From positions 806,001 through 870,000 of the forward strand of contig NW_026867509.1 of NCBI RefSeq assembly GCF_020745735.1: a stretch of DNA of 64,000 bases, read 5' to 3'. The notes beneath the pieces are model-generated. The model ran no database searches. It saw only the letters and a program-made list of their open reading frames with translations, and was not told the origin of the DNA. Below, piece after piece: positions 48,257 to 61,084 of the stretch. Every line of letters starts with the position of its first letter. The stretch's first letter is position 1. The stretch is from Hemiscyllium ocellatum (taxonomy: Eukaryota). A program made the position numbers and the translations under genes.

Positions 48257-48724
48257 CTGCTATCATTCGGATGAAGTGAATGGATTGGGGCTGAGTGAAT
48301 AGACGTGTGGATTGACTAAACTTTCAGCAGCTTGTGACGATTTAAAATTAGTCCAAAGAGAGAAAATGCAAGTGTGAAAGATTGGAAAGATTTCATCTAT
48401 ATCTTTAAGATCGAATTCTTTTTCAACATTATGTAACAATCTGATCAGTAAATCTGACAAAATTATTTTATATTGTATTCCAAGCATTAAAGTGATAAAC
48501 ATAAAAGGCAAATGCAGCATAATGCCTGGGAACGGAGAGAAAATGGATCTGAACTTTGTATTTCCATAAAGCCTCAACCCTTCTCTTCAGAATTCTGAAA
48601 TCTCTGCTTGTGTTTATTGTGAGCTTCTTGCTACTTTTCTGACCAGTTTATCTTACGTTCAGTTTGCTTTGTGGTACCAGTGGAGTTAACTTTGTTCTTA
48701 GTCTTCTTGTATCCATTAATCACT

Positions 48725-49060
48725 GTTCATAGAATCATAGACGTCTTACAGTGAGGGGAGCAAGCCATCCAGCCCTTCTAGTCAGCAGTGACCCTCTGAA
48801 GAGCGTCCCACCTCGACAGATTCCCGATCCTGTCCCTGTCAACATGTATTCCCTGTAGCTAATCCACCAAACCTACATTTCCCTGCACACATTGAGCAAT
48901 TTAACACGGCCAATCCACCAAACATCCATCTTAGGACTGTGGCAGAAAACCACAGCACCTGGAGGAAACCCACGCAGACAGGGGGAGAATGTACAAACTC
49001 AACACAGACAGACGCATGAGTGCGGAACTGAAGCCAGTCCAGACAGTGTGAAACTAATCT
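48725..49060 (-). mobile_element. tRNA-derived SINE
   Basis: atagaatcatagacgtcttacagtg tail; ctggaggaaacccacgcagacagggggagaatgtacaaactc core. Confidence 0.8.
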
Positions 49061-49609
49061 GTGAGCAGCTCTTCAAGCCCGTTCGTCAACTTCTAGCTAA
49101 TTCTTGAAAATAACTGCATTAAATCACTTTTCTAAGGGATCTTTAATTGTAATTGTGAAAATGTTTTTTTAAATTGAGTGACATTTAATTGGGTAATTCC
49201 AATTATTTGGAATAAGCTCAGTTCGCAGTACACTGCCTCGAGAATAAACTCGCACTTCTATCCGCAAACTATCCATTCCCTGATTCCAGTTCGTTCTAAG
49301 CAGCGGCACGCGAATGGAACACTTTCAATTTTCCTTCATATCTCTCTGTGGTCATTGCAGACTAAACTTATTGACGAAAGAAAGCATGTTCAATTAACAG
49401 GGGAAAATGGTAATGCATTTTAGAACATAAACTAGTACAATGAAACTGGGTTTTCTCTTCCAAAACCCACGATATGAAGACGACGGAATGTTAATGAAAA
49501 GCTGTCTTATTCAGCATAAGTGCATTTTTTCTCATTTTCCTTTCGACTTTTGCTAACACAAATGTACAAGAGCTGTGCTCAGTAAGTTCAGAGACTCCGT
49601 GTCTTCATG

Positions 49610-49865
49610 TCTGCGTGTATGCATCTGCGAGTGCGCATGCATGCTTGCAATTGTATGTTTATGTCAGACTGAGTCTCTATGTGTGTGTCTGTGTATGTGT
49701 GTATCCACGCATGTCTGTCTATATGTGCATCGATATGTCTGTGTTTGTGCATGCATGCCTGAATTTGTAGCCTCTGTGAGTGTGTATGTTTTCACGTGTA
49801 TTTGCGTGCATATCTATACATGCATGCCTACATGTCTGTTTGTCTGTGTGTGAGTAACGTGTGGT
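49610..49865. repeat. Degenerate (TG)n/(TGTA)-rich low-complexity tract
   Basis: Runs of gtgtgtgtctgtgtatgtgtgtat. Confidence 0.8.
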
Positions 49866-49911
49866 TACATATGTACAATGTTTGGGTGTTGCATTATTTG
49901 ATTCTACACAG

Positions 49912-50195
49912 TTCGAGTCTCTCAGAAGATATCCTCTCTTCTCTCGCTTTCCAAACAGCTGTGCCTGGGGAATCAGTACAGACTAACTGCAGTTAAGGAA
50001 CATCCACATTGTACATAGTGCATTCGTCCAAACTGCAATCGCATCAGGAATCGTGCAGGTACTGGGATAAAGAGAAACTAGAAAAGACAAACGCCTGGAA
50101 TTTAATTTGTCGACTTTATGAACAGGTTGATACCACGTTGTCTCCGTGCCATGAAAGTAAATGTGGCAGTGTGCTTCTATCTGCAGCATCACACC
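49912..50195 (+). pseudogene. Decayed TCR V exon
   Basis: acacag| acceptor; SSLSEDILSSLAFQTAVPGESVQTNCS*GTSTLYIVH resembles FR1-CDR1 of the V at 54946; gtggcagtgtgcttc resembles the AVYF region; no RSS recognisable. Confidence 0.55.
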
Positions 50196-51102
50196 TGACT
50201 TCACATTTCCTGTTTCCATTTCCGGGACAGATGCTGCAATCTTTCCAAAGACATATGGGCAATTGATGTATTAAGACAGATATCACGAGGTTGATCACAG
50301 ATATGTCTTATGAGAAGATATTGATTGGAACTGATTTCTCTGGAGTTTGCAGGTATGAGATACGATTTGATTGAAAAATAGTAAATTCTTCGTGTGCTTG
50401 ATCGGGTATAAGCATAAACGCTTGGAGAGGGGGAGTCGAGGATCACAAGGCACAACCTCAGAGTAAATGGACAGCCAGCTTGATCAGAGACAACGAGAAA
50501 CTTATTCTCTCAGGCAGAATTAAGTATTGCAAATGGAAGTAGAGGCTTAGGCAGACAAAGTTGTAATGACTAAGTAATTAAGGATTATGGAGAAAAGATA
50601 CGAAAGTGGAGTTGAGGATTTTCAGATAAACGATAATCTCACTGGAATGGAAGAGCAGAATACATGGGCCTAAGGCTTACTTCTGTTTCATATCCAATTG
50701 TTGTATTGATTTTCACAGCCAATGCTTGCAAATTTTTATGCCATTCGGACCTGTTCAATAAACAACTATAAATGGTGGACTGCTGCACAAACATTCGTTT
50801 TGCTCTTACTGCAGTTTAACTGGTGCCTGTGATCCCTTGGCTGAGAAATCAAGCCTGTCTCTATTTCCACTCCAACATTTCCTTACATAAATTGCAGTTG
50901 GCTCCTCATTTTTAGTTGTTCATGATGATGACTACATTTGCATACTTTGTTGTTTTGAAAAAAATAGAAATGCATATTAATGCAGAAATAAACAATTACT
51001 TTATCTGAATTAGGAGAACATGATATCGTCACGAACGTGGGATTGACGGCTAACTAACCTCCTGTCAACACCTCAATCTGTACATTCGCTGACATGCCTG
51101 GC

Positions 51103-51141
51103 AGTTTGTGTACAAGTTCTCTATGATCCTGCAGTTATGTG
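51103..51141 (-). other. 23-RSS of inverted V
   Basis: Minus strand cacataa - ctgcaggatcatagagaacttgt (23 nt) - acacaaact; the spacer resembles that at 15399-15421. Confidence 0.8.
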
Positions 51142-51441
51142 GCTCGTAGTGTGCAGTCATACATGACAAGTCTGTCAGCAGTGCCGCCTTACCGGTTAGA
51201 AGCACAGTTCGATTAGATTCATTGAACTTCATTGAAAAACGTTTTGTTCTTGAAATTCTTCTGTATTCCCACTTTATGTGCTCCTCTGTCCCAAAACATC
51301 TACTTGAATATTGAAGATACCAAAACAGGTAACGTACATCATTGATTGAATTAGACCAATTGCAGAACAATTGATTATCAACTCTTACATTTACTGAGGT
51401 CTCCCCGGGCGCCTGAGAAACAGGGTCTCCTCGCCAATGGT
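51142..51441 (-). pseudogene. Inverted TCR alpha/delta-type V pseudogene
   Basis: ttttctag| acceptor; DHWRGDPVSQAPGETSVNVRVDNQLFCNWSNSINDVRYLFWYLQY..RFSMKFNESNRTVLLT..LTD; a frameshift near MYDCTLR (YYC degenerate). Confidence 0.82.
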
Positions 51442-52719
51442 CTAGAAAATCAAAGAAGGTTATTAAGTTAAACATTGACATATCACTGTAACTTTCTCAT
51501 CCATAATCAGTCAGAGAACTGCGATACTTAGTTTGAGAATTATGCAGAAACGTATTAAATACAACATACTCTATAACAAACAATTTAATTTGCTTTAGTG
51601 TACTTTCATTGGCTTCTACGATGATCAGTTCTCCACTGAGACTTGTAAATGAATGTGAATACGTTAATTTTTCCAGTGCCTATCAAACCAAATTTGAATT
51701 CGATCTGCTGGGCTCCGTCCATGAGCCATTCGCCTCAGACATTCAGGAGTGTTCAAATTGTTTTCTTCATTTCACTTCAATTTATGGACATTTATGTGCT
51801 CTGATTCCATGTCATAAATGAAGCATCAGTGAGCTGAACTGCCAAATATTTTTCAACGCACCAGTTAAGATAGCTACAGTGGTAACGATAAAGTTAAAAA
51901 TAAACCCAAACACTTTTGCCGGGAAATGATAATGTATTTGAACAGAAAGTGATTCCACCTGAAATGGTTATTCGTCGAGAAATGAAATATGTACTGATAT
52001 CTGTCACTCTGCTAATTGGCTTCTTGTTGATGGGGACACAGGGTAACATCCAAGCAAGTGGCAAATTAATTGTTTTGCACAAAAAAGCCATCAGCTCTAC
52101 ATTCCTTGTTCCGAAATTACTGACGTTAGCAAAAGGCGTGGTGAAACGGAGCAATATTGACACAGAATTCTGCAGTGGGACGAATTATTCATTTCATTTC
52201 ATTTTTTGAATCTGTCCTGAAACATGCAAAACAGAAAACATTGCCAATATAGCATTTATTTTACAATGATGTTGAAGTGATTCGTTGAAGTAGCGAATTG
52301 GATGTGGACTCAATCCACTGTTTGGTCTTGAAACATAGTCAATCCGTTTCTTCTATCCTTCCAAAGTATCTTCCTTGTTGCAAATGATACGTCTTCATTT
52401 ATTCACGTCTTTCTCCTAAGCGTCATGTTATCCCAGTTACATTTTTCTTCATCTGTAGGTTGTTCCATTTCGTTTATACTCTCTCTGTGGATGTTTGACT
52501 GTTTTCTGCCTCTTTTGCGTCTCCTGACAGGTATTCATAATCCACTATTCACTTTTTCCGGAACTTCATGATCTCTTTATTGTGTTCGCTTACTCCTGTA
52601 AGCTTTGATCACTTTATTTCCAGATCTATGTTTCTCAGCCCCTTTTGCTCTATGGTTATCTATTGTGCTGTTGTAATATCTCCTTAAATCCGATTTATAA
52701 TATTTCTAATTTTGACGTT

Positions 52720-53410
52720 TTGTCATGTTTTTCTTTCTCTCTGTGTCTCTCTCTCCCTCCACCCTCCATCTCTCTTTATGTTTCTGCTTTTCTCTATCCC
52801 TCTCTGTCAGTCAATGTTAGTCTCCTTCAATTTGTGTTTTTCCCATTCTGACCAGTAGAATGCTACATTCCCTTTTCAGTGCATTTTATTTTTCACGCTT
52901 TTTCCATTACCTTTTTTCTTCTAGGTACATTCTCATTCTCTCCGTGTTTCTTTGTCTATCTCCCTTTATATAAATTGAAATTTGGTTCTCTTTTCACGGT
53001 ATTCTCGGGCTCTATACTTCTTTATTTTTCTCTCTCCCTATTGCTCTTTAGTTTTCACTGTCACACCAATTCTGTTCCATGTGATGTTGCATTCTTCCTT
53101 TATCTCCTTCCTTGCCTCTGCCTTTCACATCTGTACTTCAGATTTTCACTCTCCCTCTCTCCGTTTTACTTGACCTTTGGCTACACTTTGATCTCTACTA
53201 TGTATTGTGTTATGACCGTGTCTCTGTTCCTCTCTTTTGTTTTTTGTCACTTCTTCATTCTTCACATCATTCGAGCCTCCCTTTGTTTTCCTCCCCAAAT
53301 CATGATGCTTTCCCACCTGTTTTTTGTCTTCCTCTCGACATTGTGGTCTGTGGAGGTGAAGCAATCTATCCAGTTCTGCTGTTTTACTGCTACCTTTCTG
53401 ATGTTCTGAT
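52720..53410 (+). repeat. Long pyrimidine-rich low-complexity tract
   Basis: About 700 bp dominated by T and C runs on the + strand. Confidence 0.7.
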
Positions 53411-54816
53411 GTCTGAGGAAATTGTCATTTGCAGAAAACAAATATGAATCACAGATCTTTCGCCAAGTCAGAAGCATTTCATTTTTAATCAAGTCGTTAT
53501 TTTCTAAGAAGATCTCAATTATTGAAAGTCGAATTGTTCCAAGAAAATACACGGATCATGTGAAGGAAAAACATGACATAAGTGTTGAAATGTATGAATT
53601 TCTGATAGTATGAATCAACATTGAACCGCTGGGTTCAGTTTTACCTATATTTTTTTTCTTCACTGCGGAAAAAAAAAGACGAATTTACACTGAAAACTTC
53701 ATTTTCACTGTATCTGAGGATCTAATGTTCGAATTAAGTCGATTTTAAGGAAAACTTGAAATTTCTTTTCCAACACAGCACTTGAATCGAATACGGTTTA
53801 TCCCCATCCAGATCTGCCTTCAAATACTAGCGTTGATTCTAGATGTTTATTTGATTAACTAAATTCAAAGTCCTCGTTTCTGTGTTCAAAATCCAGACCA
53901 TGAAGTCAAATTATTAATCCACCTGGGGTGGATTTCTGAACTTGTAATAATCCCCGATTTTCTGCAGTGAAGAGACAAATACAAGAATTGAGAACCCTCT
54001 TTGAATAACGTGAGGGAAACCATTTTTTCGTGCAAAATCTCTAAATTTGCAAGTTGCTGGTATGTTTTCCTGGATATTTATGTCTCATTCTTGCCATCTG
54101 GACATACTTCAGTACAGTAAAAAATGAACTGATTAATAATATGAAATTCAAACTGTAAGCTAATTTCCCCCCATTTTTGATTAATTGTTCAAAAACATTT
54201 GTCAATTTAAGTGGTTTAAAGCAAGTAAAATGACCAAAGTCGCGATAATGTTATGGTCTTCATTTACAGCAAAATTAACTTATGTAGATAAGAACCGGAT
54301 TCACTCTCTTTCTCGATGCTGCGAATTTAGCTGCAGTCGCTTCCATGTTAGTTCGACATTTGAGGTGGGATGATTGCATTTCGTCCATTGTAACTGTTCC
54401 CATGTATGGAGTACTGGTTGAAATGAGAGAATCGGGGAAATTGGATATTCTACGCATTATCGTTCCAGCAACATGGTAGAAGGATATTGATGTTCAGATC
54501 GAGTATGTAAATAGATTTGCAGAGAGTGCATTTGACAGAAGCAGACAGGCATTGAGCAGAAGGGAAGTCTGCAGTTGCAGGGAAAGTCAGAACATAGATA
54601 AAGAGAAACAACCAAAGAACGTCGACAAGCAAACGTGATTGGTGTATGACCTTCATCAGATCTGAGCAATCAACCAATCTTATTTCTTCAGAAAACCCCC
54701 TGCGTTTCCTCATGAGTGAAATATGCCCCGATCTGAATTCACTGTTCTATATCGGATTTTAACTCTCAATATATTTGTAGATTCAATTATTACTGTACAA
54801 ATCTAGAAGGCGTGTC

Positions 54817-55249
54817 ATGTGTCCCATACGCTTCTTACTAATAATTATGTCCGTACTGCTTGGTGAGTCTATGTTTAAATATTCAATGCATGTTACATGA
54901 GTTATATTTTCTGACAGATGTTTGATAGATTGTGTTTTGTTGCAGGGACTAATAGCGAAGATGCAACATTCCAGGATCTGCACGAATTCATAGTCCTGGA
55001 AGGACAGAATATAACGCTGAACTGCAGTAAGTCGACATCTTCTGTTCGAACTGTGTTCTGATACATTCAGCATCCTGGGGACACTGTGGGATATTTAGTG
55101 AAAGCATATGTTTCGGGGGAAGGGAGAAACCTCGCAATATTTTCAAGACAGGTTCTCTCCTGTTTTGTTCAAAGTAAACAACGTATTTCCTTTCAAAGTC
55201 GCTCGAGTTCTTCTCTCCAACACCGCGTGCCGTTTTGTGCTTTGGAACC
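54817..55249 (+). pseudogene. TCR alpha/delta-type V pseudogene (leader 54817-54862, V exon from 54946)
   Basis: Leader MCPIRFLLIIMSVLL+G|gtgagt; GTNSEDATFQDLHEFIVLEGQNITLNCSKSTSSVRTVF*YIQHPGD (conserved Trp is TGA); after a frameshift, QDRFSPVLFKVNNVFPFKVARVLLSNTA..FCALE. Confidence 0.88.
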
Positions 55250-55287
55250 TACACTGCTGTAAATACTTCAGTCCCTATACAAAAACC
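55250..55287 (+). other. 23-class RSS with mutated heptamer
   Basis: tacactg - 22 nt - acaaaaacc (perfect nonamer). Confidence 0.7.
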
Positions 55288-58200
55288 TACTTTGAGACTT
55301 CCAAGTGATGTCCACGTGAGGGACCTCCCGGACCAATAAACTCAGTCAATAATACAACACCCAGGATGAGAATCACAAAATCATTAATGAAATCAATAAA
55401 AGCACTCAACAAGATCATGCAAGGAAAATACAGGAGAAATCGTCTGAATTCTTAATTTAACTTGCAAAATTCATTTTTTAAATAAATTAATGCCTGCTAC
55501 ATTTATGTATGTTCAGTCATGTTATTGTTTTCATATACCTCTGAAATTTACTGTCCATTTACATTTGTTATTGATTTACATTTCACAAAGTAAAACTTTG
55601 GTATTTCAGTCTCGAGCATGGACTTCCCTCAATTGTCATTTTTTTTTCGATATTTGTTCATTGTGTGCTGATGATATTCGTATGCCAATTTTAACATCCA
55701 AAATGACTGTACTGTTGCTTCAAGCCCAACACAGACAACATAAGCATTTCTGTTATGAGGACATTATTGACACCTGAGCTCGAACTCGTTCAAAGGGAGC
55801 TCGTCCCCATCAGACAGGTCTTACAACAACACCTTTTACACAACAATGTTCGTGCAGAGAATCCTGTAATATGTTCAGAAGATTCCTCAGGAGGTGGATT
55901 AGCATGAAATTCCTTTAATTCCATACCTCTTACAGTGCAACAGCATCACTGGAGTCCTCAAGCACTTCGGATATACATCAGGAGGGGGAGTTGAGGGGGA
56001 AAACAATTTCTGCTGGGTGATTCACGTAAAAAATTAAAGCATCTTATCTCTTTCATCAGGCCCAATTAGATTAAAATGAGTAGGAAATCTCTCCCGAAGT
56101 GTGAACTGGAATGACTCATGTCGTCTACATTTCAGTGGAATAATGTGATCTGATAGTCATACGAAAGACAACGAATACCACAAGAAGTAACACAGTGAGC
56201 CCCTGATGTAGACCAGATGAGCAATCTATAAGCATTTTTCTGGAGATGTGTTGCCTCTGAAAGGCTTACATGAAGCATATTAATGTGCTAGTTATATCTG
56301 GACGTGAGATTACCAACCACTCTTATGTTCCTTCAATTGTGGAAAAGATCGTGGAAAAATAAACTAATGAGGATGAAGAACTAACAGGGAACACATATCT
56401 CATGTATGGTGACAGACAATTGCCCAGTTAGAGCTGTTTATGTTCATTAACAGACAGATCATCAATTACTGCTCTGAGAACAGGTCGATAAATACCCAAA
56501 AGAACTAGATAAGAGCATCCGAAGAAACAAAATCAGATCATTCATTGCGAAGATCCCAGCCAGCCCTTTTACATTACTTGCAGTGAAGGTTTTGTTACTC
56601 AATATTTCCTTTGACTATAGTGTATTCCTGGCAGTTCAGAGTTAACAAAGCATTACAAAGCCCGTCACATTTTTTTTTTCATTTTCGTTCAAACATGTTG
56701 TTTTTCTTAAAATCGGAGCCTTGGCTATTCTGTTACCCAGCTGTTCTACTCAATCCAAAAACAGGAATTGTTGTAAAAGCTATTAGGTGTGGCAGCTTCT
56801 GTGAAGAGAAATCAGAATTAACACTTGCATTCTGGTCACCCTTGCTCGGAATTGATGTTAGCTAGTAAAACGTCAGTTTTTATGCAAAAGCCACGTTGGG
56901 GGAGTGGTCAAAGACTAAATAGGAGATGGGCATAGAACCAACCGAGGGAGCGATCTGTTGGAAAGACTAAAGAATCGCTTAAGGTTCTGGATAGGAAGAT
57001 TAATACTGTTAATGAAGACAGTTACTAATAAACAATAGGTAGTGTGCAATCGTAGACTAAATAATAAAAATGCCTGGTGTATGCTGTAAGGGGCTCGGAC
57101 ATAGGAAATTTCAATTGAATTCGATATTGAGTCAAGGGAGCTACCAATTCCCCTAGCAGAAAACGGGGTGCTGTGCTGACCACTTGCGCTGAGTTTCACT
57201 GAAGCATTGCAGCAACCTTGAGACAAGAATGTTGGCAAAGAACAGGGTGGTGTACTTGCTATATATGAATGTAAAATGTTGAGTAGTAGTGTATTGCACC
57301 CATTTGCAAAAAGCAGCACGATTATATTCTACCTGCTAATTTGAACAAGTGGAGAACAGTGGTTTATTAGATTATTGACATGTGACTGGATTGGATTGCT
57401 TTGCCTGAATATTAATCAGATAAACTATACAAAATTAATTTCTATTTCAATGCTGGAAATTGCAATTCAATGTTTTTGGTGTAAGATGGAATAATCTGTT
57501 ATCATTGTGTTCGACATTTCCATTCACAGATTTCATGATTATTATGAAGAAATTTATTGCAGATCTCTCTTTATTTTAAACAATAGAATGACATATAGTG
57601 TTTAATCAAGACAGTTCAATAATATGCTTAAATTTACCACAACCACATTGTTTGGGGATGACGATACTATTACGGTTATCATACAATTAGGCAGATGGTG
57701 TAGATTCTCTTGGTGTACCACCATTTATTTTATGGGGATAGCAGTGAGTGATTTATCGTGATTGGGTGCATCCTGAATTGGATGTGTCGTATTGACTTCT
57801 GGCACAGTGCTCGGTCCACGACCTCCGGCTATGCACACAGCACAGTGATCATCTATACCAGACGAAATTGCCCTGCCTGGCTGACTGTGCTATTCAGCAT
57901 CCACCATTTCGTGGTGATATGCTGCCAGAGTTAGAACAGAAGATATTGCATCATTAAATCTGTCTTGCTGTTCATCGGAGTGGTTTGTTTCCTTACCTGC
58001 ATCCAGAGCCTGCCTTTCTAAATTAAAGACTGACTCTTGTACAAAGTAGACAGAATGACCTCATTCTGTGACTTCATAGAAACATGGAAAACATAACCTT
58101 CATGGAGGATCTGTGACTGGCTGAACCACATCTTGACGCCTATTCTCTCGATCCACCTCATTCCGCTGCTCAATCCCTTGACAGTCAGATACATCTTGGT

Positions 58201-59367
58201 GTCCAGTTGTGCCTGAATGAGACAATATGTTGAGGGAAACCATGGAGGCCCAGAGATGGCCACCCTCATCAGGTCCATTTTACTGTCCTTCAACATTTCG
58301 CTCATCTTCATCTTCTTTGGACCATCAATGCCATGCTCTTCCTCCATGTTCAGTTAGGGGTGAGTCCTACTGTAGTGGCTTGGATTTCACAGACCAACAA
58401 TTTCTGGTTCAACAATCGAACAACAAGTTACAGAGACTCATATCCAGCAACAAAATCTTCATTTGAGAATACCCCAGTAGTTTCGAGGCTAACTCAAGAA
58501 CGTGTTGGTGTCTTCCATCACATGTCTGGCTAGTTACATATAATCTTGTTATGTTGTTTTCCTTCCATCAGAGAGGATCCGTGTGTGGCACTCTCCCCAC
58601 CCCCGACGCACTCACACCTCTCCCTCTGTCTCGCCCTGCCTGTCTCTCTCTATCTTGATAGCTCTCTTAAAGTTGAATACCATTGTGTGTTCTTGCTTCT
58701 CTGATGGAGATACGAACAATGCATTCCACAGCCTTGATACCCGTGTTCGCTAAAACGAACGGATTTTGAAAAAAACACAAGTTATGCGCCGAAGATAGAT
58801 ATGCTAAAACAAGGTCCGTACCTGTGATCATTAATGCAGATTTCCAATGATCCGGCTCATTTCAATTGATATTCACCACTTTCTGTCCTTTCTTCTCAGT
58901 CACCATTCTTCTATGACTCACTACCTGATTCGCTCTCATTTACATCTCAGGGTTGTTGTATTGATATGTTTGAATCTCTGACGTTGTCTTTCACGTTGAT
59001 ATGGTCCCCATTAACACGCCTCAACAATGATCTCGATAGTTTTTTTTTGATTTCTCTGGATCGTATAATCCGTGCCATTAGAGGTTAAGTCCCGATTTAG
59101 TTGAAGTGTTTCACAGTCTCAGCAGTTCCAGCCCATTTCGCACGAACCACCAAACCCCAAACACACCTGAAGTCGTGCTTTACCTTTTCCCTTCCACAAA
59201 AAGATCAAGATTATTTTCGTGATTCTTTTAGTTTCTGTTTCGTTCAATATTGTACAAGGTAATCAGACACGAGGCTTTACTTCCACTTCACATCATTAAG
59301 TCACATTTGCCAGTTACTGGTTGTTAGTTATCTCGTCTTCGGCTGTGAATATCCATAAGGGTTACGT

Positions 59368-59381
59368 GCGCCACCTTGTGG
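59368..59381 (-). promoter_or_regulatory. CTCF-like motif
   Basis: Minus strand ccacaaggtggcgc, 13/14 match to CCASYAGRKGGCRS. Confidence 0.55.
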
Positions 59382-61020
59382 TGGATTTGGATAAATTAGG
59401 TGCGTCGCGTTTCCATCACTGAAATGTGATATATCTGTGATTCATTCTTCAGTGAAAGCCATGTTATCATGAGGATAGTTCGCCCTCCTCCATGATAAAT
59501 ATTGTGGCCCCTGAATTATAAGTTGTTTGTTTTGAAAAATGCTAAATATGTAAAAAAAAATACATAATGTTTTTGGAATTTTAAGAATTCAATATCTCTG
59601 ATAAATTCGTTGCCTATTGTTCGTACTGAAATTGAGCTTCTAATCACAGAAACTCCAAATTCCAAATTGTATGAAAATGGAATGCAAAGGTTGACTTGAA
59701 CTTGTATCTTCAATTTGTCATGGACAGTCACTGAAATGGAAATGACAGCATTGGTTTCTCCCCAGGATCGCTATTGTTGAATTTCGCCAGCAAAAAGTGC
59801 TTTAGTTCAGATCTCCAGTTCATTGTTTTATTGTTTTAGTGCAATCAATGATAGGAAATGTAATAAACGCTTGTTCTGATAATGTCATTGAAAGATTCTG
59901 CAATTGAAATATTGCTTTCAAAAGCTTTCGACAGTTCGATGAGCAGCACGACATTAACGATTTCTAAGTTGCATTTGAAGCACAGGACACTTTTTTTTCG
60001 TGCCCGTGAGACATGCAATTGAATATGGTTTCACCATCGAAGAGGAATCCCAGCCATTTTGTTAGTTTTCTAGCTGACGTCAGTCACAACAATGGTCAGA
60101 TATGGAGACTCGCAGAAAACAGATGCATTTAACAATCATAAACGCCCTACAGCGAGAGGCAGACCATGTGGCTCTTCTTGGCCATAACAATACTCCGAAG
60201 AGCATTTCTACCAGACCCACTCCATCTGTCCTTAATCCTGTATTTTCAGTGGCTCGTGCTATTCACCAAGACTGCACAACCCCGGGCTCTATGGGCAATA
60301 TGGCATGGCTAATACACCCAACAGGTATAATTTGGTCTGTGGAAGAAGACAAGTGCATTTGAAGGAAACCTAGAGAGACACGGAGAAATTAATCAAACTT
60401 CACAGTCGGTCGTCAGAGGATAGAGTCGAGCCCAGACTTTGATTCTATTAATGACCGAGTCAGCATGCCGCCCAACAGCAACATTTTTATGTGAACAGTT
60501 ACGTTGGTGGTAATGTCTATCTTTAATCAGAGCGGTTTATTCTGAGACTCCTATATTATCAGAACTGAGCTGGACATGTTTGTCTCTGTGTCGATCGCTG
60601 AAATTCATTACAGCCAAATCACATAATCCCTACAATGAGGAAACAGGCCCTTTGACCCAGCAACTACACTTGGTCCTCCAAGGACCCATCCATACCATTC
60701 AACTACTGTACAGTATTTACGGGAATGGGTTGTCAATAGCAATGGCAGTTACTTAAGAAAATGATTCATGGCTGACAGCAAAAGTACCACAGTGAAGAAG
60801 AATGATACTAGTAAGGAGTTGAGCCAACCATGCTTTACTCAAAAACTTAAAGAGAGGTTAAGAGGCAAGAGAGAGGATTGGGGATTCTTTTTTAATTACA
60901 ATGGAAGATGGAGTTCTACTCCAAGAATCAAACAAAATCTCATCTGCTTGATTCAGTATGCACTTAATCAGTTGAATATGGAGGGTGGGAGGGGGCGGAG
61001 AAAGATGCAGACAGGCAGAC

Positions 61021-61022
<2 letters not shown>

Positions 61023-61082
<60 letters not shown>
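61023..61082. repeat. (AG)30 microsatellite
   Basis: Uninterrupted AG run. Confidence 0.95.

Positions 61083-61084
<2 letters not shown>

Noticed and set aside
49575-49853. Cys/Val-rich 92-aa ORF (similarly 60768-61223, 60858-61091, 52879-53447)
   Set aside because: These are translations of TG, AG or pyrimidine low-complexity sequence.
51532-51567. Candidate leader exon (MLYLIRFCIILK) for the inverted V
   Set aside because: The donor would be ctaagt rather than gtaagt and in phase 0; too degenerate to call.
57803-57847. Two perfect cacagtg heptamers
   Set aside because: No nonamer at 12 or 23 nt and no V/D/J coding context; they look repeat-embedded.
60075-60082. Perfect CRE palindrome TGACGTCA
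   Set aside because: No leader or V exon found nearby; an 8-mer is expected by chance in 64 kb.
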